64,000 nucleotides of DNA from the human T2T-CHM13v2.0 reference genome, Homo sapiens (GCF_009914755.1 NC_060941.1), one strand, 5' to 3'; shown: positions 28,451-44,597, counted from the stretch's first letter. Notes: generated by a model not told the origin, from the sequence alone. Numbers and translations are program-made.

Positions 28451-28989
28451 AAAATTTAAAACAAAACAAAAATCTCTTATTTTCGTTGTAAGATTGCAGT
28501 AGTAATTGTGCTTATCATAAGGTCTGATTGAGTAGATAAAATAAATCAGGCAAGATATTTTACTTCATTGGGTATCAGGTGTTTTTTGTCTCTTGACATT
28601 TACTAAGCAGTATAACTTCAATTTAAACAATTTTGTCTCATACTCAGTTTTGTTTATGGTGGTAGACATTATTATCATCATTTTACAGAAAAGATGAACA
28701 AACTGCGATTCAGAGAACCTAAAAGATTTAGTGTTATCAATGCTGTGTCATTTTAATATCATTAAAAACCATAGAATTGCTGGTGTTTGTATTGTTTCTC
28801 TCTATAGCACTTTTTATCTTTCTTGTTTTTGCTCTCTCTTGCTTTGTAGGTTTCATCCATCCTTCTTTCATCTTCCCTTTTACTTACTGCACCCTCTGCT
28901 TCCATACACATACCCTAAATTAGGTATCTCCCAAGGGAAAAAACTCGCCAGAACTCTCTTCTCATAGATTGTCAGCATGACCTACTCTC

Positions 28990-29260
28990 TCACCTCCTTG
29001 AGAATTTTGATGTTTTGGATCACCTTTTCTCTGAAGCCTTTCCTGACTGTCCTATTTAGTTTTCATCTCCTCCCACTAGAATATAAACTCCATGAGGTTC
29101 CAGATTGTTATCAGTGTGATTTAGCGTTGTGTTCTCAACTTCTACAATATTTGGCATGTAGTAAACACTTTTTAAACATATACGGAATGAATGTATGAAC
29201 GAATCACTATGTTCTCATCTTTGGATTCTTTATTACCTTGCACATAGTAGTTATCAGGTT
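28990..29260 (+). mobile_element. L2 3' end
   Basis: cccactagaatataaactccatgagg ... ggaatgaatgtatgaacgaat tail. Confidence 0.65.
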
Positions 29261-29579
29261 TATTCAGTTAAATGTAATTGCTTTTAAATAAGAATTCTGA
29301 TTTCTGAAAAAGGTTTCAATTTTGTCTTCCCAAATTGAGTGTGCACAAAAAGTACATTTTTTTCTAAGCAATTATCTCTGTTTTCCTAAGGAAATTGGAA
29401 GTAACTTTCAAAATGTTATAAGTTGTTTTTCTAAAACTTAGCATTTAAAATATTTAAAGCTATTCATTCCTCGTTTTCTTGCTTTAACTTACTCAATCCT
29501 CATGCTAATTCTGACAAACACATTCTTTAGAACCATCTGTACAAAAGGAAAATCATTTAGATTTTTTTCAATTGACAGT

Positions 29580-30912
29580 TATTATCAGTTGGCAAAATGG
29601 AAGCAATATTAAGAATAATTTGATTGACAGTCACTTTTGGAAACTGGCACTGTCTACTACAGTTAAACATACACATACTGTATGATCCAGCAATTCCATT
29701 TGTAAATCTATACTCACCAGAAGGATATGCCAGAAGACATGTACAAGAATGTTCATAGCAGCATTATTTATAGTAACTCAAAATTTCCTTCCTGTAGGAG
29801 ATAGCTTAAAAAGGAAAAATAAGGCCTGGCACTGTTGCTCAAGCCTGTAATCCTACCACTTTGGGAGAGCAAGGCAGGCGGGTCACAAGGTCAGGAGTTC
29901 CAGACCAGCCTGGCCAGCATGGTGAAACCCCCCCCCGTCTCTACTAAAAATACAAAAATTAGCCAGGCATTGTGGCACACGCCTGTAGTCCGAGCTACTG
30001 GGGAGGCTGAGGCAGGAGAATTGATTGAACCCGGGAGCAGAGGTTGCAGTGAGCCGAGATCACGCCATGCCACTGCACTCCAGCCTGGCGACATAGCAAG
30101 ACTCTGTCTCAAAAAAAAAAAAAAAAGAAAAAGAAAAAGACTTTTTAAATAATAGTTCAAAAGCGGAAGCAACCCTAATGTCCACCAACAATAGAATAAA
30201 TTGTGATATACCTATACAATGGAATAATATGTAGCATCTGCAACAAATTGATTACTGCTACATGCAACAGCATGGATGAATCACCTGGACATAATATAAT
30301 GTTAAGCCAAAGAAGCCAGACATAAAAGAGGACATACTGTATAATTCCATTTATATAAAGTTCAGGCCAGGCACAGTGGCTCACGCCTGTAATCCCAGCA
30401 CTTTGAGAGGCCAAGGCAGGCAGATCACCTGAGGTCAGGAGTTTGAGACCAGCCTGACCAATGTGGTGAAACCCTGTCGTTACTAAAAACATACAAAAAT
30501 TAGCTGGGTGTGGTGGCATGGGCCTGTAGTCCCAGCTATTCAGGAGGCTGAGGCAGGAGAATCACTTGAACCCGGGAGTAGGAGGTTGCAGTGAGCTAAG
30601 ATCGCACCATTGCAGCCTGGGCAACAAGAGCAAAACACCATCTCAAAAAAGTAAAATAAACTATGATAAAATAAATTTTTAAAACGAAGTTCAAAAATAG
30701 GAAAAGCTAAATCTGTGGTAATGGAAGCCAATGTTAGTGGTTATTTTGCAGGGAGTAATTACTAGGAGTGCCACCAGCAGGGTTTCTGGAGTTCCGGTAA
30801 TGTTCTGTATCTGGATCTCAGTAGTGGTTACATGGGTGTGTTGTAAATTTCCATTAAGAGGTATATTTTAGATTTGTATGCTTTACTGTATACGTTATGC
30901 CTTAGTTTAAAA
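29580..30912 (+). mobile_element. L1ME-type 3' end interrupted by Alus at 29823-30140 and 30365-30660
   Basis: tatgatccagcaattcca, acatgtacaagaatgttcatagcagcattattt and catactgtataattccatttatataaagttca are L1M 3' hallmarks. Confidence 0.8.
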
Positions 30913-31259
30913 AACTACTCATACTGTTTTCTCCTGCAACCTGCCCATGTAAATTTGGTAACAGAAATACATCTATACATCGAGAAATCCACTTAATCCT
31001 GATCTTGACCCAGAAATAGTTGATAGCTCCCTATTTTTGGCACAACACTCTGAAATGTGTGGTGTTCACAGTGGATTATGTATTTCCTGTGTGTATACAT
31101 GAAAAAAATTTGTGTTGATCAGTTCTCACGTAACTTTTGAAAAGTGTAATTTGGATAAAGCATCATGAGACCTACTACAGTCACAGCTGCCTCTAGATCA
31201 ATGACTTTTTTACTTCTTTTTTTAAACTGTAGCCAACAATACAAAATACATTGTACTTA

Positions 31260-31695
<436 letters not shown>

Positions 31696-32434
31696 TTACC
31701 AACTAAATTTTCACACCGCATTTTAATTTAATGAAACTGCCCTAGATAATATAAATATGAGTATAAACAGAAACCCAAACTGAATTTTGTTTTCAGATTT
31801 CTAGTTACATCTAGTTTTTGAGTACTTAATAAATTTAGCTAGTTGCCAAAATAAATGTTTCTTACTGTTTCAGAGAATAGTCAGATCCTTCTTTGCTTCT
31901 GGTAGTTTTTAGTTATGCCTGCATTGATTTTGATAGATATGAGAACTTATGTTTATATTGCATGTTTTACATATAATCTCTTCTTAAAACTTCTAAATCT
32001 CTAAGTTACTTTCAGAATAAAATATCCTTGCTTTTATGAAATGTGTTCATGTGATGTATTCTGCTTGCAGTATTATAGAGTTTTACCCTAATTTCTAATA
32101 TATATAGAAATACCAGTGACCATCTCTGATTTTACAGTTGGCTTTATCTAACCGTGTAAGCCATCAGCTGGATGTTAAAACGTTTCATTTTCAGGAATAG
32201 TTACACAACTCAGTTCTCATCACTTTTTGTTCTTAAATGGGTTTGCATTTTGTTATCCAACATCTTATAGCTAGTAATTTAAAATTTATTAACTATTTTC
32301 TTTGTTTTACAATCACTTTATTTCAACAATATCCCTACTTTTTTGGTAATTCTAGAATTTATTTCCTAACCACAGTCTTTATCCCGTGACCTTATTATGT
32401 TATAATTCAATAACAATAAATAATGTGTGACTTA

Positions 32435-32713
<279 letters not shown>

Positions 32714-33377
32714 TCAAAAAAAAAAAAAAAAGGCTTATTTAAAGAGGACCTACTCAAATATGCAAAATTAAAATATAAGCAATTACTTTAGTGATATTGT
32801 TGAGGAAGTCAACAGTAAGAATATTTTGTTCACTTTGAATTCAATTAATGCTCTATATTTTTAAAATAACTCAAAGAGCCCTGATAATGGGTAGAAAATA
32901 GTTATTAAGGCACTTTTTACTTTGTGTTCAAGAAAGATTTGAAGTTATAACTGCATTACAGAAAGTTTTACATTGCAGTTTCTATAAAGATAATAGTTAA
33001 TTGTATAATGTATTTCATTTTAGAAAATATTTAATGATACGTTATTAGGGTCTTAATAACAAGTTATTGTTTCAGACTCATTGTCTACTATGCTGAAAAA
33101 ACTTAAATTATTAAGTCATCATGACAAGTCATTCCATTTCTGCTTAATAGAGTTTTCATTGCTTGGCGTGCATATTTGACTAGCACGCAGAAACCAGCAA
33201 GTAATTTTTAGGTGGCACAAGAGCTTCACAAATAGACTATATTTTAACATAAATTTCCATTACACATGAGGAATCAGTATTGAAACAGTTGCTCTGAGGC
33301 TTTTAATATTGGCTGTGAAATCACTTCAGCTCCAAATCCAAAAGAAAGCATTATTAGCTCAGTAGTTTTAATATATA

Positions 33378-33851
33378 CAGTCATATGCCACATAACAGCC
33401 TTTCAGCCAGTGATGAACTGCATGTCTGACAGTTCATAATGGGGCTGAAAAATTCCCATCACCTAGTGACATGGTAATGTAGCACAACACATTACTCACA
33501 TGTTTGTGGCGATGCTGGTGTAAACAAACCTATTACGCTGCCAGTCATATAAAACTATAGCACATACAGGCTGTGCGCAGTGGCTCATGCCTGTAGTCCC
33601 AGCACGTTAGGAGCCTGAGGTGGGCAGATCACGAGGTCAGGAGTTCGAGACCAGCCTGGCCAGCATGGTGAAACCCCATCTTAACTAAAAATACAAAAAT
33701 TATCTGGGCCTGGTAGCGCGTGCCTGTAATCCCAGCTACTCAGGAGGGTGAGGCAGGAGAATTGCTTGAATCCAGGAGGCAGAGGTTACAGTGAGCCAAG
33801 ATCGTGCCATTGCACCCCATCCTGGGCGACAGAGCAAGACTCCATCTCGAA

Positions 33852-33922
<71 letters not shown>

Positions 33923-35243
33923 GCACATACAGTTATATATAGTACATAATACTTGATAGTAAATGAAATGTGTCATTGGTTTATATATTTACTATACTAT
34001 AGTTTTATCTTTTGTGTGTGTGTATGTTGAAGGGGGAGATCATCTTGCTCTGTTGCCCAGGCTGGAGTGCAGGGGTGTGATCACCGCCCACTGTAGCCTC
34101 AACTTCCTGGGCTCTGGCAATCCTCCTGCCTCAGTATCCCGAGTAACTGGGAACACAGACTTGCATCACCACACCCAGCTAATTGTTTTTTTTTTTTAAT
34201 TAGTTATAGAGACTTGGTCTCCTTATGTTACCCAGGCTGCTCTGGAAGTCCTAGGCTCGAGTGATCCTCCCATCTCGGCTTCCCAAATTGTTGGGATTAT
34301 AGGCATGAGCCACTGTGCCTGGCCCAAAATATCTTATATACCATATTGTATTTGTACCTTTTTTATATTTAAAAACATATTTAGGCCGGATGAGGTGGCT
34401 CATGCCTATAATCCCAGCACTTTAGGAGGCCGAGGCAGCCGGATCACCTGAGGTTAGGAGTTCAAGACCAGCCTGGCTAATGTGGTGAAACCCCATCTCT
34501 ACTACAAATACAAAAATTAGCCAGATGTGGTGGCAGGTGCCTGTAATCCCAGTTCAGGCAGGAGAATTGCTTGAACCTAGGAGGCAGAGGTTGCAGTGAG
34601 CCAAGATTGCGTCTTTGCACTCTAGCCTGGGTAACAGGAGCTAAACTCCATCTCAAAAACAAAACAAAACAAAACAAAAAACATATTTAGGCCAGGTGTA
34701 GTGACTCACGCCTGTAATCCCAGCACTTTGGGAGGCCAAGGTGGGCAGATCACTTGAGGTCAGGAGTTCGAGACCAGTCTGGCCAACATCGCGAAACCCC
34801 ATCTCTACTAAAAATACAAAAATTAGCTGGGCATGGTGGCACGCACCTGTAGTCCTAGGTACTCTGGAGTTTGAGGTGTGAGAATCGCTTGAACCCAGGA
34901 GGTGGAGGTTGCATTGAGCCAAGTCACGCCACTGCACTCCAGCCTGGGCGACAGAGCGAGACCCTGTCTCAAAATAAAATAAATAAAACAAAATAAAATA
35001 AAAACATGTTTAGATACACATATACTTACATTGTGTTACAATTGCCTACAGCATTTAGTACAGTAACAGGTTGTGTAGGTTTGTAGCCTAGGAGTGGTAG
35101 CTATACTAGATAGCCTAAGTGTGTAGTAGGCTATATAACATCTAGGTTTGTATAAATACACTGCATGATGTTCACACGACAATGAAATCGCCTAACAACT
35201 CATTTCTCAGAATATATGCCAGTTGTTAAGCCACACATGACTG
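33378..35243 (+). mobile_element. Tigger3 (Golem)-family DNA transposon interrupted by four Alus
   Basis: TIRs (ta)cagtcatatgccacataac / gttaagccacacatgactg; internal gatgctggtgtaaacaaacct and aatgaaatcgcctaac. Confidence 0.85.
33861..33916. repeat. Compound microsatellite (TA)12(TG)16 in an Alu tail
   Basis: Counted directly. Confidence 0.95.
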
Positions 35244-35499
35244 GAATGGGTTATAAAGGCAGGTAATTTAAACTTCCATAACATATTAACCAAGTATACA
35301 TTTATCTTCGGTAACATTGCATTGGTTTTACATGTTTAGGGATTTTCTGTTGCTTTTATTTCATTTTTTTATGTCGCCCAGGCTGTAGTGCAGTGGCACG
35401 ATCTCTGCTCACTGCAACCTCCGCCTCCCGGGTTCAAGCGATTCTCTTGCCTAGGCCTCCTGAGTAGCTAGGATTACAGGCGCCAGCCACCACGCCTAG

Positions 35500-35796
<297 letters not shown>

Positions 35797-37071
35797 TGAG
35801 CCACCGCATATGGCCTTCTGTTGCTTTTAAAGAGATCTTTTCATATGGCTTCCTCGTGAAAATGAAAATGTTTACTGTTACTGTTTGAAGATAAAAGTTA
35901 CTTCGTATATTTACATTCATGTTGACATCATTAGATTCAAAGATCAATATTTTGCAGACTGTTATTAGCCTTGTAGTTTCTCTTCTCTCTCAATCATAAA
36001 TATCTTTCTTAAGAAAAAGAAATGTGAAGCAACAATGGTACAGGCATATTCATAGTTTAAGGCTTTGTCTTTCTGTATTTAATCTTGAAATTCAGTGATA
36101 AGGAATTGCTGTGACTTTTTTTTATTAGTCTTGTAGTGCTTGGGAAAATGTTTCTTGCGTCTCCTGTTTCAGAAGCGTGATTGGTTTACATATATAATCA
36201 CTATGGGTTGTGGTAGGAAAGGTAATTTATTTACCTATAATTGGTTTTATTTTTGTGAAAAAAGAAAAGTAGAAAATGATTTGTAATTGCTAATTGTAAA
36301 TGCATGCTTCATATTTAAGTAGACTTAGAGAATGAAACTATCATCTCAGGCACTTAAGTTGTGAAATAGGTAAAAGTTGTGAAATGTAAATACAGAGAAA
36401 TGGAACTAATAAAAGGTGTTTGTTTTTAGTTTATGGATTTTTGAAAAAGTGAAAAATGACATGTGAGGAAGTAATCAAATTGGTCATGCTACATTGTTCC
36501 CCACAATACTCCAAAACTATTCAAATGAAATATTAATTTTTTTAACTTTTAATGGGAACATTGAATACCTAACATACAATTTGTTTGTAATCTTTTATTT
36601 AGTTTTTCTTAAAAATATTGTTTATTATTGGTGTGTATTTGTACTCAGCTTTTTTATTTTACTTGGACTAAAAAGAACAGCAAAATTTGTTTAAAATTTT
36701 TTTTAATTTTATAAAAGGGATTTTTTTTGTTTTGGTTTAGCTTTTTGGTGGTGTTAGGTGTGTGAGTAATAGAGTCAAGTTTATTAACAATATACGTAGA
36801 ATAAAATTCTCATTATAAAGGCAAATGAGAATATATATATTTTAGTTCATAAACAATATTATTCTAAAATCACAATAAGAGCCGCCAAATTATACAAATA
36901 ATTAAAAAATATACTGAAGTTGTTTTTAGAAAAACAAAGAACTTTTAAAACTACAGAGCAACAAGGAAAGCAAAATTGCACGTAACATATAGAACATTTT
37001 GAACAATAAAAGAATAATGTTTTCAATAAAATTATTACATAAAGCTGTTAAAACTATATAACTAAGTTTTA

Positions 37072-37236
<165 letters not shown>

Positions 37237-39248
37237 TCATCCGGGCGTTGCGGTGTGTGCCTGTAGTCCCAGCTACTCAGGAGGCTGAGGCAGGAGAATC
37301 ACTTGAACCCGGGAGGCAGATGTTGCAGTGAGCCAAGATCGCACCACTTCACTCACTGCAGCCTGGGCGACAGTGAGACTCCAGCTAAAAAAAAAAAAAA
37401 AAAAAAAAGTGAAATAAATTTAAAATAAGAAACAATAAAATATGTTCGTGTTTATCAAATCTAAACATTAAACTTTAGTTATTTTACTATTTTAAAATAC
37501 CAATGCAGTGCTTTCCTGGTTTTGTTTTCATTACACTGGCAAGGAAAAAAATCAAGAAAATACTGTCCATCAAACTGCATATTATGCTAATGTTTATTTT
37601 CTTGAAATAAAAACAACTGTGCAGACTTCATATTAATATAATTTCAGTAAATGTTTGTAGATTATTTGATATATAATGTAATTTAAATTCTGAGAATATT
37701 GTGAAAGACCTGGAAAAAATTATGGGAACTGAAAGTAGCATGGTCACTGTGTATGTTAAATACATAATAAAATTTGTGAAATCCTTTTTCAGTAGATGAC
37801 TTTCACTCTTTTTAAAAAGTAAAGCTCTCCATTAAAAAGGCACTTTACTTGTTTTCCTTATAATACATGCCAGCTTCAAATTTAAAAATTAAAAAAGGTA
37901 AAAGGAGGTTTCAGCTTCACGTGTTCGGATAGATTAACTCTTTGTGCTCAAAAAAAAGATTGTTGAAGCTCCCTTAAGGATAACTAATGAGGAGCACCCA
38001 GGCATCTGAAAGAACGAGAAGTCTGTTTTTCGTTCTTGCCTAATTGCCGTTAAGCAAAGATACTCTTCCCTAAAAGGGAAAAATGGCTCCTTACGTGTTA
38101 TTCCTCTTTGTTAGTAATGATCACTGTGTTTTGACCTCTTTTCAGGATGTTTTTTAAACCATGTTTTCTGGTTCTTCTGTAGTCTTAAGTATGTTTGATA
38201 TTGTTAGGTGATCTGCATAATGTTTAATCATTTTTTTCTTTATATAAACCAGTTGGTATAATTATACCTCTTTTCCTATTTAAGTTTGTATGTGTATATG
38301 TGATTCTATAGAGTAGAAAAATGCCATCAGTTTGAAATGATGGCACAATCTTAGTCACTTGGTTTAAATAAATAGAAAATTCTAAAGCCTTAAAATTAAG
38401 ATAATGCTCTTTGGCAAACTCAAAATAAAAGCAAAAAAAAAAAAAGGAAATTAATATAAAAGAAAGCAGGACACCAGACCTTCTAAATACAATACTTGTT
38501 GATCTTGTCTATACCATTTAATGTAGAAAAACTAATTTTCTATAATTGTGTCTATTAAAGGTGACATTAATGCTGATAGAAAAATATTCCCACATATATC
38601 TGACTTGGAAAACTTATAAAAATTGTGCTGTCTTTAAAATAAAATTTGTATGCTTTTTTTGTTGTTTACTTTACCTTTTCTTGGCAATTGAATACAATCT
38701 TCCCTCTCTTAAAAGTGGATTTGCTATGAAAATTTTAAGGGCTGTAAAGGAAGGCATTTTCCTGATTTTATATATTTAATGCTTGTGCTATAGTAATTAA
38801 AATTTCATAACTAGTTTTTAATTTAATAGTATCTGTTGATACTTTAGACAATTAAAACATTTTTTACCAGTTTTTATTTAGTGCTTCAAATGGATTATAA
38901 ACTTAGTAATTTGGGGACTAATTGTATAAATTGTTAAAAATAAATGGATTTTGCAGAAGGATAGGATTAGTGAAAAGGAGCAGTAAATAATAAAATGTAA
39001 TAGAAATAGAAATGTAATTTGTTTTTAAAATAAGCTATATAGGAAAACTGATTGATTATATATTCTTATATGGTTTTAAATCAATAAAACTCAGTATTTC
39101 ACATTTAATGCAATAGATGCTAAGAAAAAAATTAACCTTCAGCTAGAAATCTAAATAAAAATAGAAAATACCCTTTGCTGCAGTAGTTCAGTTGTTTAAA
39201 AATATTAAATCTGAGGCCTGGGGTGGTGGCTCAATGCCTGTAATCCTA

Positions 39249-39484
<236 letters not shown>

Positions 39485-39941
39485 TCAAAAAAAAAAAAAA
39501 AAATTAAATCTGATATAACTGATTTAGTGAAAAAGTAAGTCTAATCCCAAAAAGAAAAATTAATAATTATCTCTTTGGAAATAAATTATAAAATTGCTAA
39601 ATTTTGTTGTAGAGTTTAGCTAATGATTAACTTTGAGAGCCTATGTATTTGGACTTGAAAGTGTTTATATTGACTGATCATATTTTTTTTTAATATAGTT
39701 TATTGGTTTGGTTTCTTTGACTTTCTCATCATCTTCAACAAGTAGAGTTAGGTTTTTTGTTTCTTTGCTTTAATTTCAGTATTAACTACTGTGGTAATTT
39801 GGTAGGACTATTCTACACAATATTATTTGTCAAAATGTTTTTGTAAGTGGGGATACACAGATTCTGTGCCAATTAGAGAACTATATTTTTCAACTAGTTT
39901 GCTTTTCTGGCTTTAAACTTTGTTTCTCCTCTCTATGATAG

Positions 39942-40625
<684 letters not shown>

Positions 40626-40859
40626 AAGTTGGACTAAAGAGAGTGGAAGAGGTTCTATGATATGAAGACTTATTAATAAAGCATTTACACACATTCAAAA
40701 AATAAAGCATTTACACATTAGCTCATTTTTTGTCTTATGAACTATTTTCATTGGAATTTGGATTTGAATATATGCCATTTCAAAACCAGAAAATAATTAA
40801 AGTCAAATATTTGTAGCATCAACATGCCGAAAGAACTAGCCAGCCGAATGCATGTTTCA

Positions 40860-41110
40860 GCATGGGAGGAGGTAACAGAGTGAAGTAAAAAGCACTGATT
40901 TCACAGTCTGAATATTGAATCATGTCCTATCTTTGTCCCTAACTGACATTATGATCTTGATCACTTACCCTTTCTGGGCTGCAGTTTTGTGGTCTATAGA
41001 TTGGTTATAATAATATCCACTATACCTACATACCAGAATCGAAGGCTCAAATAAAATCATGGTGAGAATGTTTTACAAAACTAGCACAAGCTGTGCAAAT
41101 GTAGGATGTT
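40860..41110 (+). mobile_element. MIR
   Basis: cacttaccctttctgggctgcagttttg core and tataataatatccac. Confidence 0.6.
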
Positions 41111-41567
41111 CTTTTGCTTCTGGGATAATGAATGCTTACTTATTGCCACATAACTGTTTTTTCCATCTTCTGGCTAGTGATCGGCAGAGATGTATTCATG
41201 AAGTCTGGCAAATTATAGAAGAAAGGAAAAGGTAGATGTTGTAGGCTAGTGTTTCCAAAATAATAAATTGGTTCATGGTTAGTTTACAGTATTTTGTTAA
41301 TCCCTAGAATAACCAGAGAGAATACTAAATTTAAATTTACAGTGTTTTGGTTTATTCTTAAAATGTGGTAAGAGCTTAACTTTAAGGATGTAATAGTCTA
41401 TCATTATTTTACTTGTGTTTCAGTGAACAACCTACTGTAATTTTTTTCATCATTCATCTTATTAATCAGTGTCATCAGATTGGGAGATCTTTAATAAACT
41501 CTAGAAAGAACCATCTTTCCTTCTTTTCCTACTTCGCATTAATGTTTCTAAATTTGCCTTTTTACAG

Positions 41568-41648
41568 GACTTTGCCTCCCGGGCCAAACTGGCAGTTCAA
41601 AAACTAGTACAGAAAGTTGGATTTTTTGGAATTTTGGCCTGTGCTTCA
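41568..41648 (+). CDS. VMP1: VMP1 coding exon (exon 8, 81 nt, phase 0-0): [27 protein letters not shown]
   Basis: Acceptor gcctttttacag|GAC and donor TCA|gtaagt; continues the frame of the previous exon. Confidence 0.97.
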
Positions 41649-41765
41649 GTAAGTGAATTGTATTAAAACAGAACTTTTACTAAGTGGTAGTGTTATATTT
41701 TGATCCATATATACTCCTGAATTAACAAAAGTGCTATCACTTTTATTGGGTATGTAATTTTGTGA

Positions 41766-42562
<797 letters not shown>

Positions 42563-42845
42563 CAATTCAACTTATTAAATGAGCTGTTTTCTGTTGAATA
42601 GGTTCACATCTTGTTTATTGGCTTTTAAGTATTTCATCATGTAGTGATGACTTCAGACCTAAATGGCTTAAATCAGTAAGAATAAAAGAGACAAAATCCA
42701 TTCTTCCAATGAAGAATATACTACATTTAACCAAATTAAACTACATTTAACCAAATAAGGATGACTTCATTCTTTCCTCAAATTTATAGATAAGAAGTCT
42801 TTTTCCAAAGTTTCAAGTATTAGTTACAAGGAAGAATTTATATAA

Positions 42846-43250
<405 letters not shown>

Positions 43251-44426
43251 TGAGTTGGAACCTTATGATAAAGGAAAAAAAAGTTATAACTCATAGAATT
43301 ATGAGAGTCACATGAGCAAATATAACAAATAGCAGGTGTGATGCTGTATAAATGATATTATTATATGGTTGTAAGAGATGAAATAATCCTAAAGCATTTG
43401 AATTTGGATGAGAAAAACAAAAATGAGTCATTGAATCCAAGTGTTACTAACAAAGGAATACTTGAATTCTAATTTAGTCATGTCTTTTTTAAAGATCATA
43501 TGTGACAAGTATTTTTTAAATAACTAGGCTTTTCTTTCAAAGTTCAAAAATGAAATTATATAAATTAATTGGCTTATTAATGGTTCAGCCAACAGCCACA
43601 AGGTCAGAGTACTTTCATAGGAGAAGAAGGGATGAAGTGCTCAAAAACAGCTTGTGGCTTCTTTGCATTTTTACATGAAATGTCTTTTAGCATTCTTAAA
43701 ATGTGGGAATGTTTGGGAAAGGTATTTGTTGTGAATTACTTCTTTGTCTGGGACTGAGTATTCAAAACATCTGAATCTGTGTGATCTCATATTTCCACAC
43801 TTGATCTTCTTTATAAATTGTGTCACATAGCCCTCAGACTTGGTCTCTCGTAAAATAAAATACAAATTATTAATATTTTATGTTGAGAATAACAGCACAT
43901 CCACCCATAAATGTATTTGAGAATTTATTAAAATATTTGCTAATGATATGAGTGCTTTCCAGATAATATTCACATTTCAAGCTAAAGATTTTAGAACCCT
44001 AACTGCTGAAACAATCTTAAGGCTCTTTCTTCACTCATACCTCACCTTAGAAAACAGCCACCAAATATCCAGGAATCAACTGAACGGGATTAAATTCCTG
44101 CAGGTCCACTTACTTTATCCAGTTCTCATGTGATGGGCACACACACAAACACACACACAGTGCCTTAGCCATGAGTAATATAAGCAAAAGGACACCTTGG
44201 TTTGCTGTGAGCAGATTGAACACCTAAGGTGAATATGAGACCCAGCTTCTAGACACATTAGGATGTTTGCCTAACCTCCTTTTGAACAATCCAGTAGTGA
44301 TCAAGGAACCCATATATTGCTTTGCAGTGTAAGCAGGCTGAAAGCAGAATACCACATATCAATGGGTGATAAAATTAAATTGTTCTTTGGATTATAATAT
44401 GGAAGTCCTTCTTTTTCTCTCTATAG

Positions 44427-44597
<171 letters not shown>

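Noticed and set aside
31029-31039. CArG box CCTATTTTTGG
   Set aside because: Seven rather than six A/T between CC and GG; at best a lone MEF2-like site.
36391-36399. TACAGAGAA METTL16 nonamer (also at 59435)
   Set aside because: No enclosing MAT2A-type stem is visible; one copy lies in MIR-like sequence; expected by chance in AT-rich DNA.
38005-38040. Hammerhead ribozyme reading of ctgaaaga plus stem
   Set aside because: The core does not fit CUGANGA and there is no GAAA after the stem.
40823-40864. Hairpin CATGC-c-GAAA / TTTC-a-GCATG with TGCATG in the loop
   Set aside because: Short interrupted stem with a large loop; not distinguishable from chance by eye.
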